A stretch of DNA of 42,868 bases from Candidatus Heimdallarchaeota archaeon (GTDB taxonomy: Archaea > Asgardarchaeota > Heimdallarchaeia > Heimdallarchaeales > Heimdallarchaeaceae), in NCBI GenBank assembly GCA_016839945.1, contig JAEOTE010000039.1, forward strand, positions 1 to 42,868, read 5' to 3'. The notes below the pieces were generated by a model, which had not been told where the DNA came from, made no database searches, and worked only from the letters and a program-made list of their open reading frames with translations. Every line of letters begins with the position of its first letter. Position 1 is the stretch's first letter. Below are positions 12,600-21,308 of the stretch, piece after piece. The position numbers and the translations under genes were made by a program.

Positions 12600-13334
12600 T
12601 TATTTCTTGCCTTTTCTCCTTCCACTTCTTCTTGCTGCGATTAAACCAACTTTTCTACCTGGTTGAGCGTGTCTTGAAACAGTTGTAGAACGAGGGGGAC
12701 CTTGATGAGCTCCACCACCATGTGGATGTGAAACTGGGTTCATTGCAACACCTCTTACCTTTGGATAATAGTGTCCCTTTGCTTTCTTAAGATGATGTTT
12801 GTTACCTGCTTTCACAAAAGGTTTCTCTGTTCTTCCTCCTCCTGCAACAATCCCTATAGTAGCTCTACACCTTTGTGGAATTTCTTTCATTTCACCACTA
12901 GGCAACTGTAAAGTTACTTTGCCTTTGTCACGTCCCAATATTGTTGCATATCCTCCACTTGATCTGATAAGACGACCGCCATCTCCAGGAGTTAGTTCGA
13001 TATTAAAGACAGGAGAACCATCAGGTATAGACTGTAAAGGCATTGTGTTTCCTAAATCTATCTGTGCTGCAGCCCCATACTCAATAGTTTGACCTACTCT
13101 CAACCCTTCAGAAGGTAGGAGTATCTTCTTTAAGCCATCTTCAAAAAGTACAACAGCTACAGGAGCACCTCTTCCTGGATCATGTACAATGTCCCTAATT
13201 TGTGCTGTAATTTTCTTGGTATACTCTATTTTTGCTAATTTTCTGTATTTAACACTACCTTTCTTTTTGTGAGATGCAGCTCGAAATTGTGATGTTCCTC
13301 GTCCTCTTCTTTGAACTAGTATTTTTTTACCCAT
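12600..13334 (-). CDS. rpl2: 50S ribosomal protein L2 (uL2)
   Basis: MGKKILVQRRGRG, HDPGRGAP, VRGVAMNPVSHPHGGG; AGGTGA Shine-Dalgarno before ATG 13334. Confidence 0.98.
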   Translation of the reverse strand: MGKKILVQRRGRGTSQFRAASHKKKGSVKYRKLAKIEYTKKITAQIRDIVHDPGRGAPVAVVLFEDGLKKILLPSEGLRVGQTIEYGAAAQIDLGNTMPLQSIPDGSPVFNIELTPGDGGRLIRSSGGYATILGRDKGKVTLQLPSGEMKEIPQRCRATIGIVAGGGRTEKPFVKAGNKHHLKKAKGHYYPKVRGVAMNPVSHPHGGGAHQGPPRSTTVSRHAQPGRKVGLIAARRSGRRKGKK

Positions 13335-13348
13335 TTCAATCACCTGTT

Positions 13349-13609
13349 TTAGAATAGCCCCATCCTTGATGCTATATCAGTAGCATCATCAAATTCACTT
13401 AATTTGACATAGGCCTTCTTTTTTCCTTTAGGAGTAATGAGAGTGTTTATTTTTTCCACTTTAACTCCATATAATCTTTCAATAACTTCTTTTATTTGAT
13501 GTTTTGTTGCTTTTATATCAACTTCTATGACCAACTTATTTTCTCTTTCGATTAACTCGAAATCTTTTTCAGAGATTAGTGGTTTTTTCATAATGCGATA
13601 AGGATCCAT
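13349..13609 (-). CDS. rpl23: 50S ribosomal protein L23 (uL23)
   Basis: PLISEK, ENKL, INTLITPKGKKKAYVKL; GGTGA Shine-Dalgarno before ATG 13609. Confidence 0.97.
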   Translation of the reverse strand: MDPYRIMKKPLISEKDFELIERENKLVIEVDIKATKHQIKEVIERLYGVKVEKINTLITPKGKKKAYVKLSEFDDATDIASRMGLF

Positions 13610-13616
13610 TTTGTTT

Positions 13617-14411
13617 TCACCCAAACCTTTCCTTTAGAAGATCCATAGCATCCTTGGTCCATACGGTTAATCGGCCTGGATGTGTTCCTGGAGCTAGCAA
13701 CTCTGTAGTAAGTTCATTAACTGTTACTACTTTTGTCCCTAGTATGTTTCTGCCTGCTTTAACTAATGCACAGTTTTCATTCCCTACAACAAATAAAGGT
13801 CCTACAGGTACTTTGTATTTTCGTCCTCTTCCTTTTCCTTTTCCAGCTCTTATTTTTTTACCTAATGAAACTCGCATCAAGTCTAAGGACAAACCAAGTT
13901 TATCAATCAATATCATTACGTCTTTAGTTTTTTCGATTTCCTCAGCTTTTGATTCAATTACAATTGGAAAATCAATTTTATCTTCAAATCTGTGCCCTCG
14001 TTGTTCTGCATGATTTTTATGCGCAGTATATGCTATTGCAGATTTTAGAGCTAAAAGATGTTCTTTTTTATTTATTTTTTCGATAATTCTTTTCTCAGCT
14101 CGTGGAGGATGTGCTTTGTGACCACCTCTTGCTTGAGGTATAAAAGCTGTTCTTTGAGCACTGTGTGTTCTTGAACCTTTTATTCTTGGAACTCTTGCAA
14201 CTCCTCTACCTGGACCCCAATTATCAACAGAAACCATTCGACCAGCTAAGGGACTAACACCTTTAGGTTGTCTTTTCCAGCTCTGTTCTGCTAGTACAGC
14301 CCGCTTAACAACATCAGGTCGTAATGGGGTTTTGAAAACATTTGGAAGATCTACTTCTTCACCAGTCTTTTTTCCTTGGATAGAATATAATGAAATACTC
14401 ACATGTATCAC
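13617..14411 (-). CDS. rpl4: 50S ribosomal protein L4 (uL4); true start may be GTG at 14402
   Basis: LPNVFKTPLRPD, WGPGRGVARVPR, KIRAGKGKGRGR, LAPGTHPGRLTVWT. Confidence 0.97.
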   Translation of the reverse strand: MIHVSISLYSIQGKKTGEEVDLPNVFKTPLRPDVVKRAVLAEQSWKRQPKGVSPLAGRMVSVDNWGPGRGVARVPRIKGSRTHSAQRTAFIPQARGGHKAHPPRAEKRIIEKINKKEHLLALKSAIAYTAHKNHAEQRGHRFEDKIDFPIVIESKAEEIEKTKDVMILIDKLGLSLDLMRVSLGKKIRAGKGKGRGRKYKVPVGPLFVVGNENCALVKAGRNILGTKVVTVNELTTELLAPGTHPGRLTVWTKDAMDLLKERFG

Positions 14412-14418
14412 CTTTTTT

Positions 14419-15420
14419 TTATCCTTGTTGACTCTCCGTTGAAATATAGAGAATCTGCGGTTCTTTCACCAGTTGGGTTTGTTTTCTAACAGGTGTTCTG
14501 AGTAAAACAGTTCTTTTCTTAGATCCAGGAACTGAACCTTTGAGTAAAATATAATTGTTTTTTACAATCCCATATTTTACAAATCCACCTTTTGGCACTA
14601 TTTGTGTGCCGTCTGACCCAATTTGCATAATTCGTTTATTATAATCTGTTCTCATATTAAAGCCCATTTGACCATATCTTGGTATTGTCCACATTGTTCT
14701 AGCGGGGTGCCAAGGACCTATAGATCCTACACCTCTTTTAGTTCCCTTTGATTTGTGTTGAAGGATTTTTATTCCATGCCTTTTCACAGGTCCTTGAAAT
14801 CCTTTTCCTTTTGTTACACCAATTGTGTCTACTATTTCGCCGGCTTTAAACACATCACGAATAAGTACCTCTTTTCCTAGGAGTGAAAGCCCATACTGAT
14901 AACCTTCTGTTATGTTTGAACACCCGATCTTTATCTCAGCTATTTGAGGAGTTTTCATCCCCATTCCAGTCAAATAGGGTTGAGTATGAACCACTGCACG
15001 AAGTTCTATGATTTCATCAATTTTACTTTCAAAGTTTTTGTTACTTTTATCGAAATCATACTTCTTTGGAGGTTTAACTCTTCTGCTTAGTTCTTCCTTT
15101 GTTTCTAGTGTTCGAAGATCTGCTGCAACTTGTAGTCCATATGGTGTCTTCTTATAACCACGTAAACCAAAAACTACCATGGGAGGAGTTTCTATACAAG
15201 TAACAGCTGCTGTCACTTCTCTATTCACTAAATGACTTCTTGGTCGATCCTCAATATAAACACAATGTGTCATTCCTGCTTTGATTCCAAGAAAGCCCAA
15301 TAGTGTGGGAGCACCCTCGTATTCTTGCCAAGCACGAGGTGCAGGTACAATTCTTCTTGCTCTTACCCTTCGATATCCTAAAGATGATCGATGGGGAGCA
15401 CTTACCCTTCGATGCCCCAT
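14419..15420 (-). CDS. rpl3: 50S ribosomal protein L3 (uL3)
   Basis: KAGMTH, IETPP, GVTKGKGFQGPVKR, GSIGPWHP, GQMG. Confidence 0.98.
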   Translation of the reverse strand: MGHRRVSAPHRSSLGYRRVRARRIVPAPRAWQEYEGAPTLLGFLGIKAGMTHCVYIEDRPRSHLVNREVTAAVTCIETPPMVVFGLRGYKKTPYGLQVAADLRTLETKEELSRRVKPPKKYDFDKSNKNFESKIDEIIELRAVVHTQPYLTGMGMKTPQIAEIKIGCSNITEGYQYGLSLLGKEVLIRDVFKAGEIVDTIGVTKGKGFQGPVKRHGIKILQHKSKGTKRGVGSIGPWHPARTMWTIPRYGQMGFNMRTDYNKRIMQIGSDGTQIVPKGGFVKYGIVKNNYILLKGSVPGSKKRTVLLRTPVRKQTQLVKEPQILYISTESQQG

Positions 15421-15532
15421 AATTCATCACTTCTTTAATTTTACAACTCTTTGAGTTTGTACTCCGACTTATCTAACCTCATATAAATATGTCGTTAAGA
15501 AAGAAATTGTTTACTCCAAGAGAATAAGTGTT

Positions 15533-16570
15533 TTACGCGTTTTTAGCGGTAATATGATAATAATCTTTTTGCTTATTTATCTCAATAATTGAATTTGTTA
15601 ATTTCTGTATTAGACTAATATTAGTTTTCGTGTGGTTTGTTATTTGACTTGTTGTTATTTCCGATTTTCCATTAACTATTGCCATTGGCACTATAAGCTG
15701 ATCTGTAGCATATTTATCTACTACAGCTAAACTATCTTTACTCTCTTTCCACATATTGCTACAAAGCCCTCCCACTTTTTCAGCTGACAAATGCTTCTCA
15801 CCTGGTACAAAGCAACCCTTTAGAGCACCAGTAGAATATCTATTTATTACAGTTAAACCAGTACCAGGGCACAAACTTTTCACATATTTAACATTTGACA
15901 TTATATCTACATTAATATCAATATTATTTACAAAAGATTGAAATTGTCTTTCAGCAACTTTCCTTTTTTGAAGATAATCAGAAGCTATTGAAAAAACTCT
16001 AACTTCTTCCAATTCTCCCCTTTCTGTTAAATCTAGAGGTGAGAGAGTTTCATGAGAGCCATACACAATTTCACAATTTGCACCTCCCTTTGGATAAAAT
16101 CCATATTGTTTAATCTCAATCATTAAATCCTTTCTCATTTGCTGCAATAACTTATGAGTAACATATTCAGTATATTCGATAGAAGGAGCCCATTTCCCAT
16201 GTGTAGCACCACCTTCCACTTTTAGCATAAGTTTTTTGTTTTCTAAAAGAGAATAATATAACACAGCTTGCATTACTAAAGAAACACTTCCTGCAGTGCT
16301 AATACGCACTTTTGCTTCTTGTTGTTTTTTTCTGTTTTTACTAGTTTCTAAAAAACTACTGCCAATTTGTAAACCTTTAACTGAAATTCCAGATAATTGA
16401 CTAATAGCGTTTATTGCTTCAATATGTTGAGCTCTTAAACCTGGATTAGATCTTTTAGCACGAATGTTTACTAATTCAAGTTCTATGTTTTTTGCAGCAG
16501 CAAGAGCTACAGCTATTCGTACAATAGATCCACCCCCCTCTCCTATAGAGCAATCTAATTTAAATTTCAT
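15533..16570 (-). CDS. rtcA: RNA 3'-terminal phosphate cyclase
   Basis: GEGGGSIVR, NIRAKRSNPGLRAQH, GFYPKGG, AEKVG, catalytic HTKTN. Confidence 0.92.
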   Translation of the reverse strand: MKFKLDCSIGEGGGSIVRIAVALAAAKNIELELVNIRAKRSNPGLRAQHIEAINAISQLSGISVKGLQIGSSFLETSKNRKKQQEAKVRISTAGSVSLVMQAVLYYSLLENKKLMLKVEGGATHGKWAPSIEYTEYVTHKLLQQMRKDLMIEIKQYGFYPKGGANCEIVYGSHETLSPLDLTERGELEEVRVFSIASDYLQKRKVAERQFQSFVNNIDINVDIMSNVKYVKSLCPGTGLTVINRYSTGALKGCFVPGEKHLSAEKVGGLCSNMWKESKDSLAVVDKYATDQLIVPMAIVNGKSEITTSQITNHTKTNISLIQKLTNSIIEINKQKDYYHITAKNA

Positions 16571-16593
16571 AATCAAATAAAATATAAACGAAG

Positions 16594-16998
16594 TTACCGA
16601 TAAGATTTTTGGAATCTAGATCTGGCACTTTTTCCACCGAAATGTTTAGATTCAGTTCTTCTAGGATCACCAGAAACAATAGTTTTGTCATAAGCAACAA
16701 ATTTCTCTTTTAAACTTAAATCCTCAAGATATTCTATTAAACCCCTAGCTATAGCTGTTCGGACAGCTTCGGCTTGACCCATGAATCCTCCTCCATGCAC
16801 CTTTACTTTAATATCAAGAGAATCTCGTATACTTTCGCCAGACAAGATAAAAATTTCATTAATTTTTACTTTACTCAATTCATTTGGTAGTACTTCTAGA
16901 GGAACACCATTTATCCTTATTCTACCTTTTCCTTCTTTTATTGTTGCACGAGCAATTGCAGTTTTTCTTTTTCCTGAAGATACAATAACCTTTGCCAT
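16594..16998 (-). CDS. rps9: 30S ribosomal protein S9 (uS9)
   Basis: GKRKTAIARA, GGGFMGQAEA, DPRRTESK..QKSYR. Confidence 0.98.
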   Translation of the reverse strand: MAKVIVSSGKRKTAIARATIKEGKGRIRINGVPLEVLPNELSKVKINEIFILSGESIRDSLDIKVKVHGGGFMGQAEAVRTAIARGLIEYLEDLSLKEKFVAYDKTIVSGDPRRTESKHFGGKSARSRFQKSYR

Positions 16999-17010
16999 TT
17001 ATTTCACCTA

Positions 17011-17478
17011 TTATTCTTGCCACCCAAATTCTCTACAGAGTTCACCTATTGTGATTCTCTTACAATCTAATTTACTTGAATCAGCATATCTAGGCTTAAC
17101 AAGTTCAGCCTTAGATAACTCATCTGGAACACCTATGAATGTTAATAATCTATGATACGCAGCCTTACCGCTGCTTTTCTTCCAAGGAAGCATGCCTCTA
17201 ACTGTTCTTCTAACTAACCTATCGGGTCTTTTTGGATGGAATGGTCCTCTTCTAGGATTTGTGTGAGTGTGCTTCTTTTGCATGTCTCTATATTCTCTTA
17301 GAATTGAATGCTTCTTACCTGAAATCACTGCCTTTTCACAATTTACTATGTTTACAGCGTATCCTTCTTTCAGATATTTTGCAACTTCTGTGCATAAACG
17401 TCCAAGAATAGCATTTGTTGCATCAATGTTTATTTTGGATTGAGTAATTTGTACTTCTTTTTTAGCTTCTTTTGACAT
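17011..17478 (-). CDS. rpl13: 50S ribosomal protein L13 (uL13)
   Basis: IDATNAILGRL, NPRRGPFHPKRPD, RTVRGMLP. Confidence 0.97.
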   Translation of the reverse strand: MSKEAKKEVQITQSKINIDATNAILGRLCTEVAKYLKEGYAVNIVNCEKAVISGKKHSILREYRDMQKKHTHTNPRRGPFHPKRPDRLVRRTVRGMLPWKKSSGKAAYHRLLTFIGVPDELSKAELVKPRYADSSKLDCKRITIGELCREFGWQE

Positions 17479-17491
17479 TTCATAAATCCCC

Positions 17492-17857
17492 TTAAGTAAT
17501 TATCTTGATTTTTTTTACCTCAAAATTTGAATCTATCAATTCTTCTATAGTAATATGCTTACTTTTAGCAGTTTGAATTTTCTCTTTTGCGGTCTCTGAG
17601 AATTTTAAAGCTGCAATGGTAACACTATGATTCAGACTACCTGAACTCAAAACAGAACCAGGAACAACCACAATATCGTTCTGTTTTGAATATCTATTGA
17701 TTTTACTTAAATTCGCTCTTACTCGCTGTCTTCTAGGTTTTTCAAGTTTTTGTGCAACCGTTTTCCACAAAGAAGTTTTTGTTTCAGCAGATTTTTTCTT
17801 AAGCATATTAATTAAGTTTAATAAATTTGGATCTGTAGTCCCAGTTCTCTTTGGCAT
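17492..17857 (-). CDS. rpl18e: 50S ribosomal protein L18e (eL18)
   Basis: NLSKINRY, VVPGSVLSSG, AALKFSETAKEKI; conserved position after rpoD. Confidence 0.96.
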   Translation of the reverse strand: MPKRTGTTDPNLLNLINMLKKKSAETKTSLWKTVAQKLEKPRRQRVRANLSKINRYSKQNDIVVVPGSVLSSGSLNHSVTIAALKFSETAKEKIQTAKSKHITIEELIDSNFEVKKIKIIT

Positions 17858-17871
17858 CTTTGTTCACTCTA

Positions 17872-18702
17872 TTAATCCTTTTCTTTTTCTGATAGTGTTG
17901 TTTCTAATGTCTTTTTGAATTCGTCGATTTTGGTGAGAAGTATGTTTCCTGCTTTAGTTAGTATTGTAGGAGGTTCCATGCCGCCTGTTGTTTCAAAAGA
18001 GAAGATTACTTTTGAAGGATCTTTTTGTATAGAAATAGCTCCAGGTTCGCATTGATCTATGCAGAAGTTGCAGAGAGTACAACTTAGTGGATTGGCAACT
18101 TGAACAGAATCACCTACTTTTTGGAATACTCCAGTGTAACATGTGTCAACACAAACAAGACAGTTTGTACATTTCTCCTTGTTGATTTTTGGATTTGGAA
18201 ATTCTTGATATCCCATAGCTGCTACAGGTTGCCACTTTGAATGTTCTTTTCCTACTCCCAATTGTGCCATGCATTCAAGTTCTAAAGCTTGATTTGGCCC
18301 AAGTTTAACTATTGGAATCGTTGATTTTATAGGTTCTACACCTTCAGTTGAAGAGAGTAAATCACCGCTATATACAACTGCGGATGTTTGTCCATCTGTA
18401 GCTTTTGATAATGTTAATGTAACAGTGCACAAGTTGCACCCTATACCACCGCAATCACATTCACCTCTGAAATTTAATTCAAGTGCATCAATATCATATT
18501 TTAGAGGAATTAAACCTAATCGATGAGCAATAAATTCATCAAAAAGAGGGGAAGTATTCCTTAAAACATAAACATCCTCAATTATAAGAGAAGGCACATC
18601 AGCTAATGAGATTCGTCTAATAGCGTTAGCAAAAGCTAACGTTATGTCTGAAAGTATAAGCTTGATAGAATTCGGAAACAATTCAATTAACTCTATATCC
18701 AT
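17872..18702 (-). CDS. rpoD: DNA-directed RNA polymerase subunit D (Rpo3) with ferredoxin-like domain
   Basis: FANAIRR, DEFIAHRLGLIPL, PIVKLGPNQ, GKEHSKWQP; Cys clusters CDCGGIGCNLC, CTNCLVCVDTC and CTLCNFCIDQC. Confidence 0.97.
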   Translation of the reverse strand: MDIELIELFPNSIKLILSDITLAFANAIRRISLADVPSLIIEDVYVLRNTSPLFDEFIAHRLGLIPLKYDIDALELNFRGECDCGGIGCNLCTVTLTLSKATDGQTSAVVYSGDLLSSTEGVEPIKSTIPIVKLGPNQALELECMAQLGVGKEHSKWQPVAAMGYQEFPNPKINKEKCTNCLVCVDTCYTGVFQKVGDSVQVANPLSCTLCNFCIDQCEPGAISIQKDPSKVIFSFETTGGMEPPTILTKAGNILLTKIDEFKKTLETTLSEKEKD

Positions 18703-18915
18703 TGTGGCACCCGGCTAAGGTTTATACTATATCGCACCCATTTATGATAATAAAAAAGGTTTTCCATCTTCAAGTTTTTTAATTTTTTAACAAGAAACTA
18801 AGAAGACGAAGGAGTCTACTAATAACAAATTTCCTATTAGTTAAAAAAAGAAAAACTGTCTTTCAATGTTTTAAGTTGACTTTAAATAATTTAATAGATA
18901 CAAATATCGAGAATT

Positions 18916-19095
18916 ATGTTTATGTTGTTAAAACTTCTTAAAAATATAAAATTTGATAGAAAGAGAGGATCCCCCATATTGGAGGAAATTCTACTTATTG
19001 GCATTGCAGTTTTTATCTTCGCTATAATTTTTGGAATGATATTTGGCTTCATTGATTGGACTCAAGTGTCTATAGAGGACATATTCGGTAGATAA
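18916..19095 (+). CDS. Small Flp-like type IV prepilin with class III signal peptide (59 aa, absent from the ORF track)
   Basis: Manual translation: MFMLLKLLKNIKFDRKRG|SPILEEILLIGIAVFIFAIIFGMIFGFIDWTQVSIEDIFGR. Basic leader ending in RG, Glu at +5, then a hydrophobic helix. Confidence 0.72.
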   Translation: MFMLLKLLKNIKFDRKRGSPILEEILLIGIAVFIFAIIFGMIFGFIDWTQVSIEDIFGR

Positions 19096-19187
19096 TGAAC
19101 AAATCACTAAAAAAAAGAAGATTCCATAATTTGTGCTTTTCACAGAAAACAAAACTTGAAAGATATTATAATGATTTGTAGGAAAAG

Positions 19188-19272
19188 TGGTGCGGAGAGG
19201 GAGATTCGAACTCCCGGACCACTAAGGACTGGATCCTCATTCCAGCGCCTTTGACCACTCGGCAATCTCCGC
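19188..19272 (-). tRNA. tRNA-Leu(GAG), CCA encoded, no intron
   Basis: Reverse complement: GCGGAGA..GCCGAGTGGTCAAAGGC-G-CTGGA-ATGAGGA-TCCAG, long variable arm, GGGAG-TTCGAAT-CTCCC-TCTCCGC-ACCA. Confidence 0.93.
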
Positions 19273-19379
19273 TATGTGTGTATAAGACCCCTAATATAGA
19301 TTTTTAACTTTATCGGCATATGTTTCTTATTTTATGTTTCAATGTAATGAGGTTCTTACACTTACAAATTTTTTTTCCG

Positions 19380-19462
19380 AATTTGATTGTCCTAAAATTA
19401 ATTATATCATGATTAAATTTGATTGTAAATGAGTTAATTGAATCAAATAAGACAATCACTTT
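19380..19462. repeat. AATTTGATTGT repeat set upstream of cdc6 (two exact direct copies, two degenerate inverted copies)
   Basis: Exact copies at 19380-19390 and 19416-19426; inverted copies at 19439-19449 (8/11) and 19452-19462 (9/11). Confidence 0.55.
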
Positions 19463-19525
19463 CAGAGACGTCTGTCTAGTAAGTATAAATATGAAATTCC
19501 CTTGCAAGTATTAGAGACGAGAATA

Positions 19526-20740
19526 ATGAGTAAATCTGACGAGGAATTCTTTAATTCACTTATTAAAAAACCCACAGTATTCAAAAATATAAGCTGTTTA
19601 TCAGTCACCTATATACCTCCTTACCTTCCCCACAGAGAAGAAGAGCTGAGAACACTAGCTAAATATTTCAAGACCATTTTTCAAGACCAAGATGAACCTT
19701 TGAGAAAGATTTGTGTAACTGGTCCAACTGGTTCTGGTAAGACAACTTTGGTTAAAAGATTTGGCCAATTATTAACTAACATAGATAAACAAAAGAATTT
19801 TCTTTTCGTCTACATCAATTGTAGAATTTACAAAAGTCCATATTTGATAGTGAGTACGCTTGCTAGAAAATTGAACAAAGCTATACCCCCTAGAGGGTAT
19901 TCTTTTGAAGAATTACAGTCATTACTAATTCGTTTACTTGATTTTTATTCGGTAAAAGTTCTATTAGTTTTAGATGAGATAGATTACTTAGTTTCAAGAG
20001 TTGGAACTGATTTTCTTTATGTGTTGCTTCGTATAAGTGAAATGACTTCAAAGCAATGGGTTTCTTATATTTTCATTGCAAGGAATTTGAACTTTATGCA
20101 TAGACTTGATGCAAGCACACAGAGTAGTTTTCAATCTAACCATGTTTCATTAGACAAGTATAATGAAACTGACCTAAGAGACATAATCAAATCTCGAGCA
20201 GAAATAGCCTTTTATGATGGAGCTATAACTTCTGATACAATTGAGCTTATAGCAGATATTGCAAGTAAATCTGGTGACGCTAGATATGCAATAGAACTTC
20301 TTTGGGGAGCTGGTCAATGTGCTGATGATGAAGATTCTCCTATTGTTTATCCAGATCATACGAGGAAAGCAAAAGCTTTAATTCATCCTGAAATCCGAAG
20401 AGAAATAATTCTAACTTTGTCTCTACACCAAAAATTAATCTTGCTTTCAATTATAAGAAAATTAAAACACACAAAAAATGCGTATATATCAACAAATGAT
20501 GCCATTATCTCATACAAGTTAGTTTGTGAAGAATATAATGAAGAACCAAGAAAACACACACAAATTTGGTCTTATCTGAAGGATTTATCTAAACAAGATG
20601 TAATAAGTACAAAAATATCTGGAGAGGGTATGAGAGGGAAAACTACACTGATAAGCATACCAGATATATCTGTAGAAACAATAGAAATGTTCTTGATGAA
20701 AACTATTGACGAACAAAAGAAAGCAATTGAGCATGTATAA
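19526..20740 (+). CDS. cdc6: ORC1/Cdc6 replication initiator
   Basis: YIPPYLPHREEE, Walker A GPTGSGKT, YINC, Walker B LVLDEID, sensor-2 GDARYA, C-terminal winged helix with GMRGKT. ATG at 19526 preferred. Confidence 0.96.
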   Translation: MSKSDEEFFNSLIKKPTVFKNISCLSVTYIPPYLPHREEELRTLAKYFKTIFQDQDEPLRKICVTGPTGSGKTTLVKRFGQLLTNIDKQKNFLFVYINCRIYKSPYLIVSTLARKLNKAIPPRGYSFEELQSLLIRLLDFYSVKVLLVLDEIDYLVSRVGTDFLYVLLRISEMTSKQWVSYIFIARNLNFMHRLDASTQSSFQSNHVSLDKYNETDLRDIIKSRAEIAFYDGAITSDTIELIADIASKSGDARYAIELLWGAGQCADDEDSPIVYPDHTRKAKALIHPEIRREIILTLSLHQKLILLSIIRKLKHTKNAYISTNDAIISYKLVCEEYNEEPRKHTQIWSYLKDLSKQDVISTKISGEGMRGKTTLISIPDISVETIEMFLMKTIDEQKKAIEHV

Positions 20741-20768
20741 AGCAAAAAACCAAAGGGAAATGTGGGAT

Positions 20769-21071
20769 ATGAATATAACTAAAAGCAATATCGATAACAA
20801 GAGTGGATTAGCAGTAGAAGATGTTTTATCATCTAAAGGTAGAGTTAGAATCCTGAAATTATTGGCAGAATTAGGTGAGTTGAATATTTCAGCAATTTCT
20901 AGAGCGATTAATTTAAATCACACAGCTGTAAAAGAACATTTGAGATTTCTAGCTCAGGTAGGCTTAATAAAAGAAAAAAGGTTTGGTAGAATACTTATCT
21001 ATCAATTTATGGAAGAAAACATTTTAGCTCATTCTTTGAAACAATTATTTAAGATTTGGGAAAATAATTAA
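20769..21071 (+). CDS. ArsR-like winged-helix DNA-binding protein (start uncertain, 20733-20769)
   Basis: SSKGRVRILKLL, ELNISAISRAINLNHTAVKEHLRFL, KRFGRILIY. Confidence 0.85.
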   Translation: MNITKSNIDNKSGLAVEDVLSSKGRVRILKLLAELGELNISAISRAINLNHTAVKEHLRFLAQVGLIKEKRFGRILIYQFMEENILAHSLKQLFKIWENN

Positions 21072-21074
21072 GAA

Positions 21075-21152
21075 TGGTGCCTCGACCGGGATTTGAACCC
21101 GGGTCTGCGGAGTGAGAGTCCGCAATGATTGGCCGAGCTACACCATCGAGGC
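21075..21152 (-). tRNA. tRNA-Glu(CTC), CCA encoded, no intron
   Basis: Reverse complement: GCCTCGA..GCGGA-CTCTCAC-TCCGC-AGAC-CCGGG-TTCAAAT-CCCGG-TCGAGGC-ACCA. Confidence 0.94.
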
Positions 21153-21308
21153 TGTAAGTGAATGAAAAAGATTGAACTTTTTAATCTTTCTTTTACGATA
21201 AATACAATCTTAAGATATTTTAAGCTCAATTTGTTAAGATAATTTTGATTTTTCATTGTTTTTACATTAGGTTTTTAACTTCTATCGAAAAAGGGTTTTC
21301 TGAAGAAA

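Noticed and set aside
19310-19507. 65-aa minus-strand ORF upstream of cdc6
   Set aside because: TTG start, no motif, and it overlaps the AT-rich repeat/promoter region; likely non-coding.
19188-21152. cdc6-wHTH between two tRNAs as an integrated element
   Set aside because: No integrase and no duplicated tRNA 3' end (att site); cdc6 looks like the chromosomal type.
21068-21256. 62-aa minus-strand ORF
   Set aside because: It runs through tRNA-Glu; the C-terminus is translated tRNA sequence.
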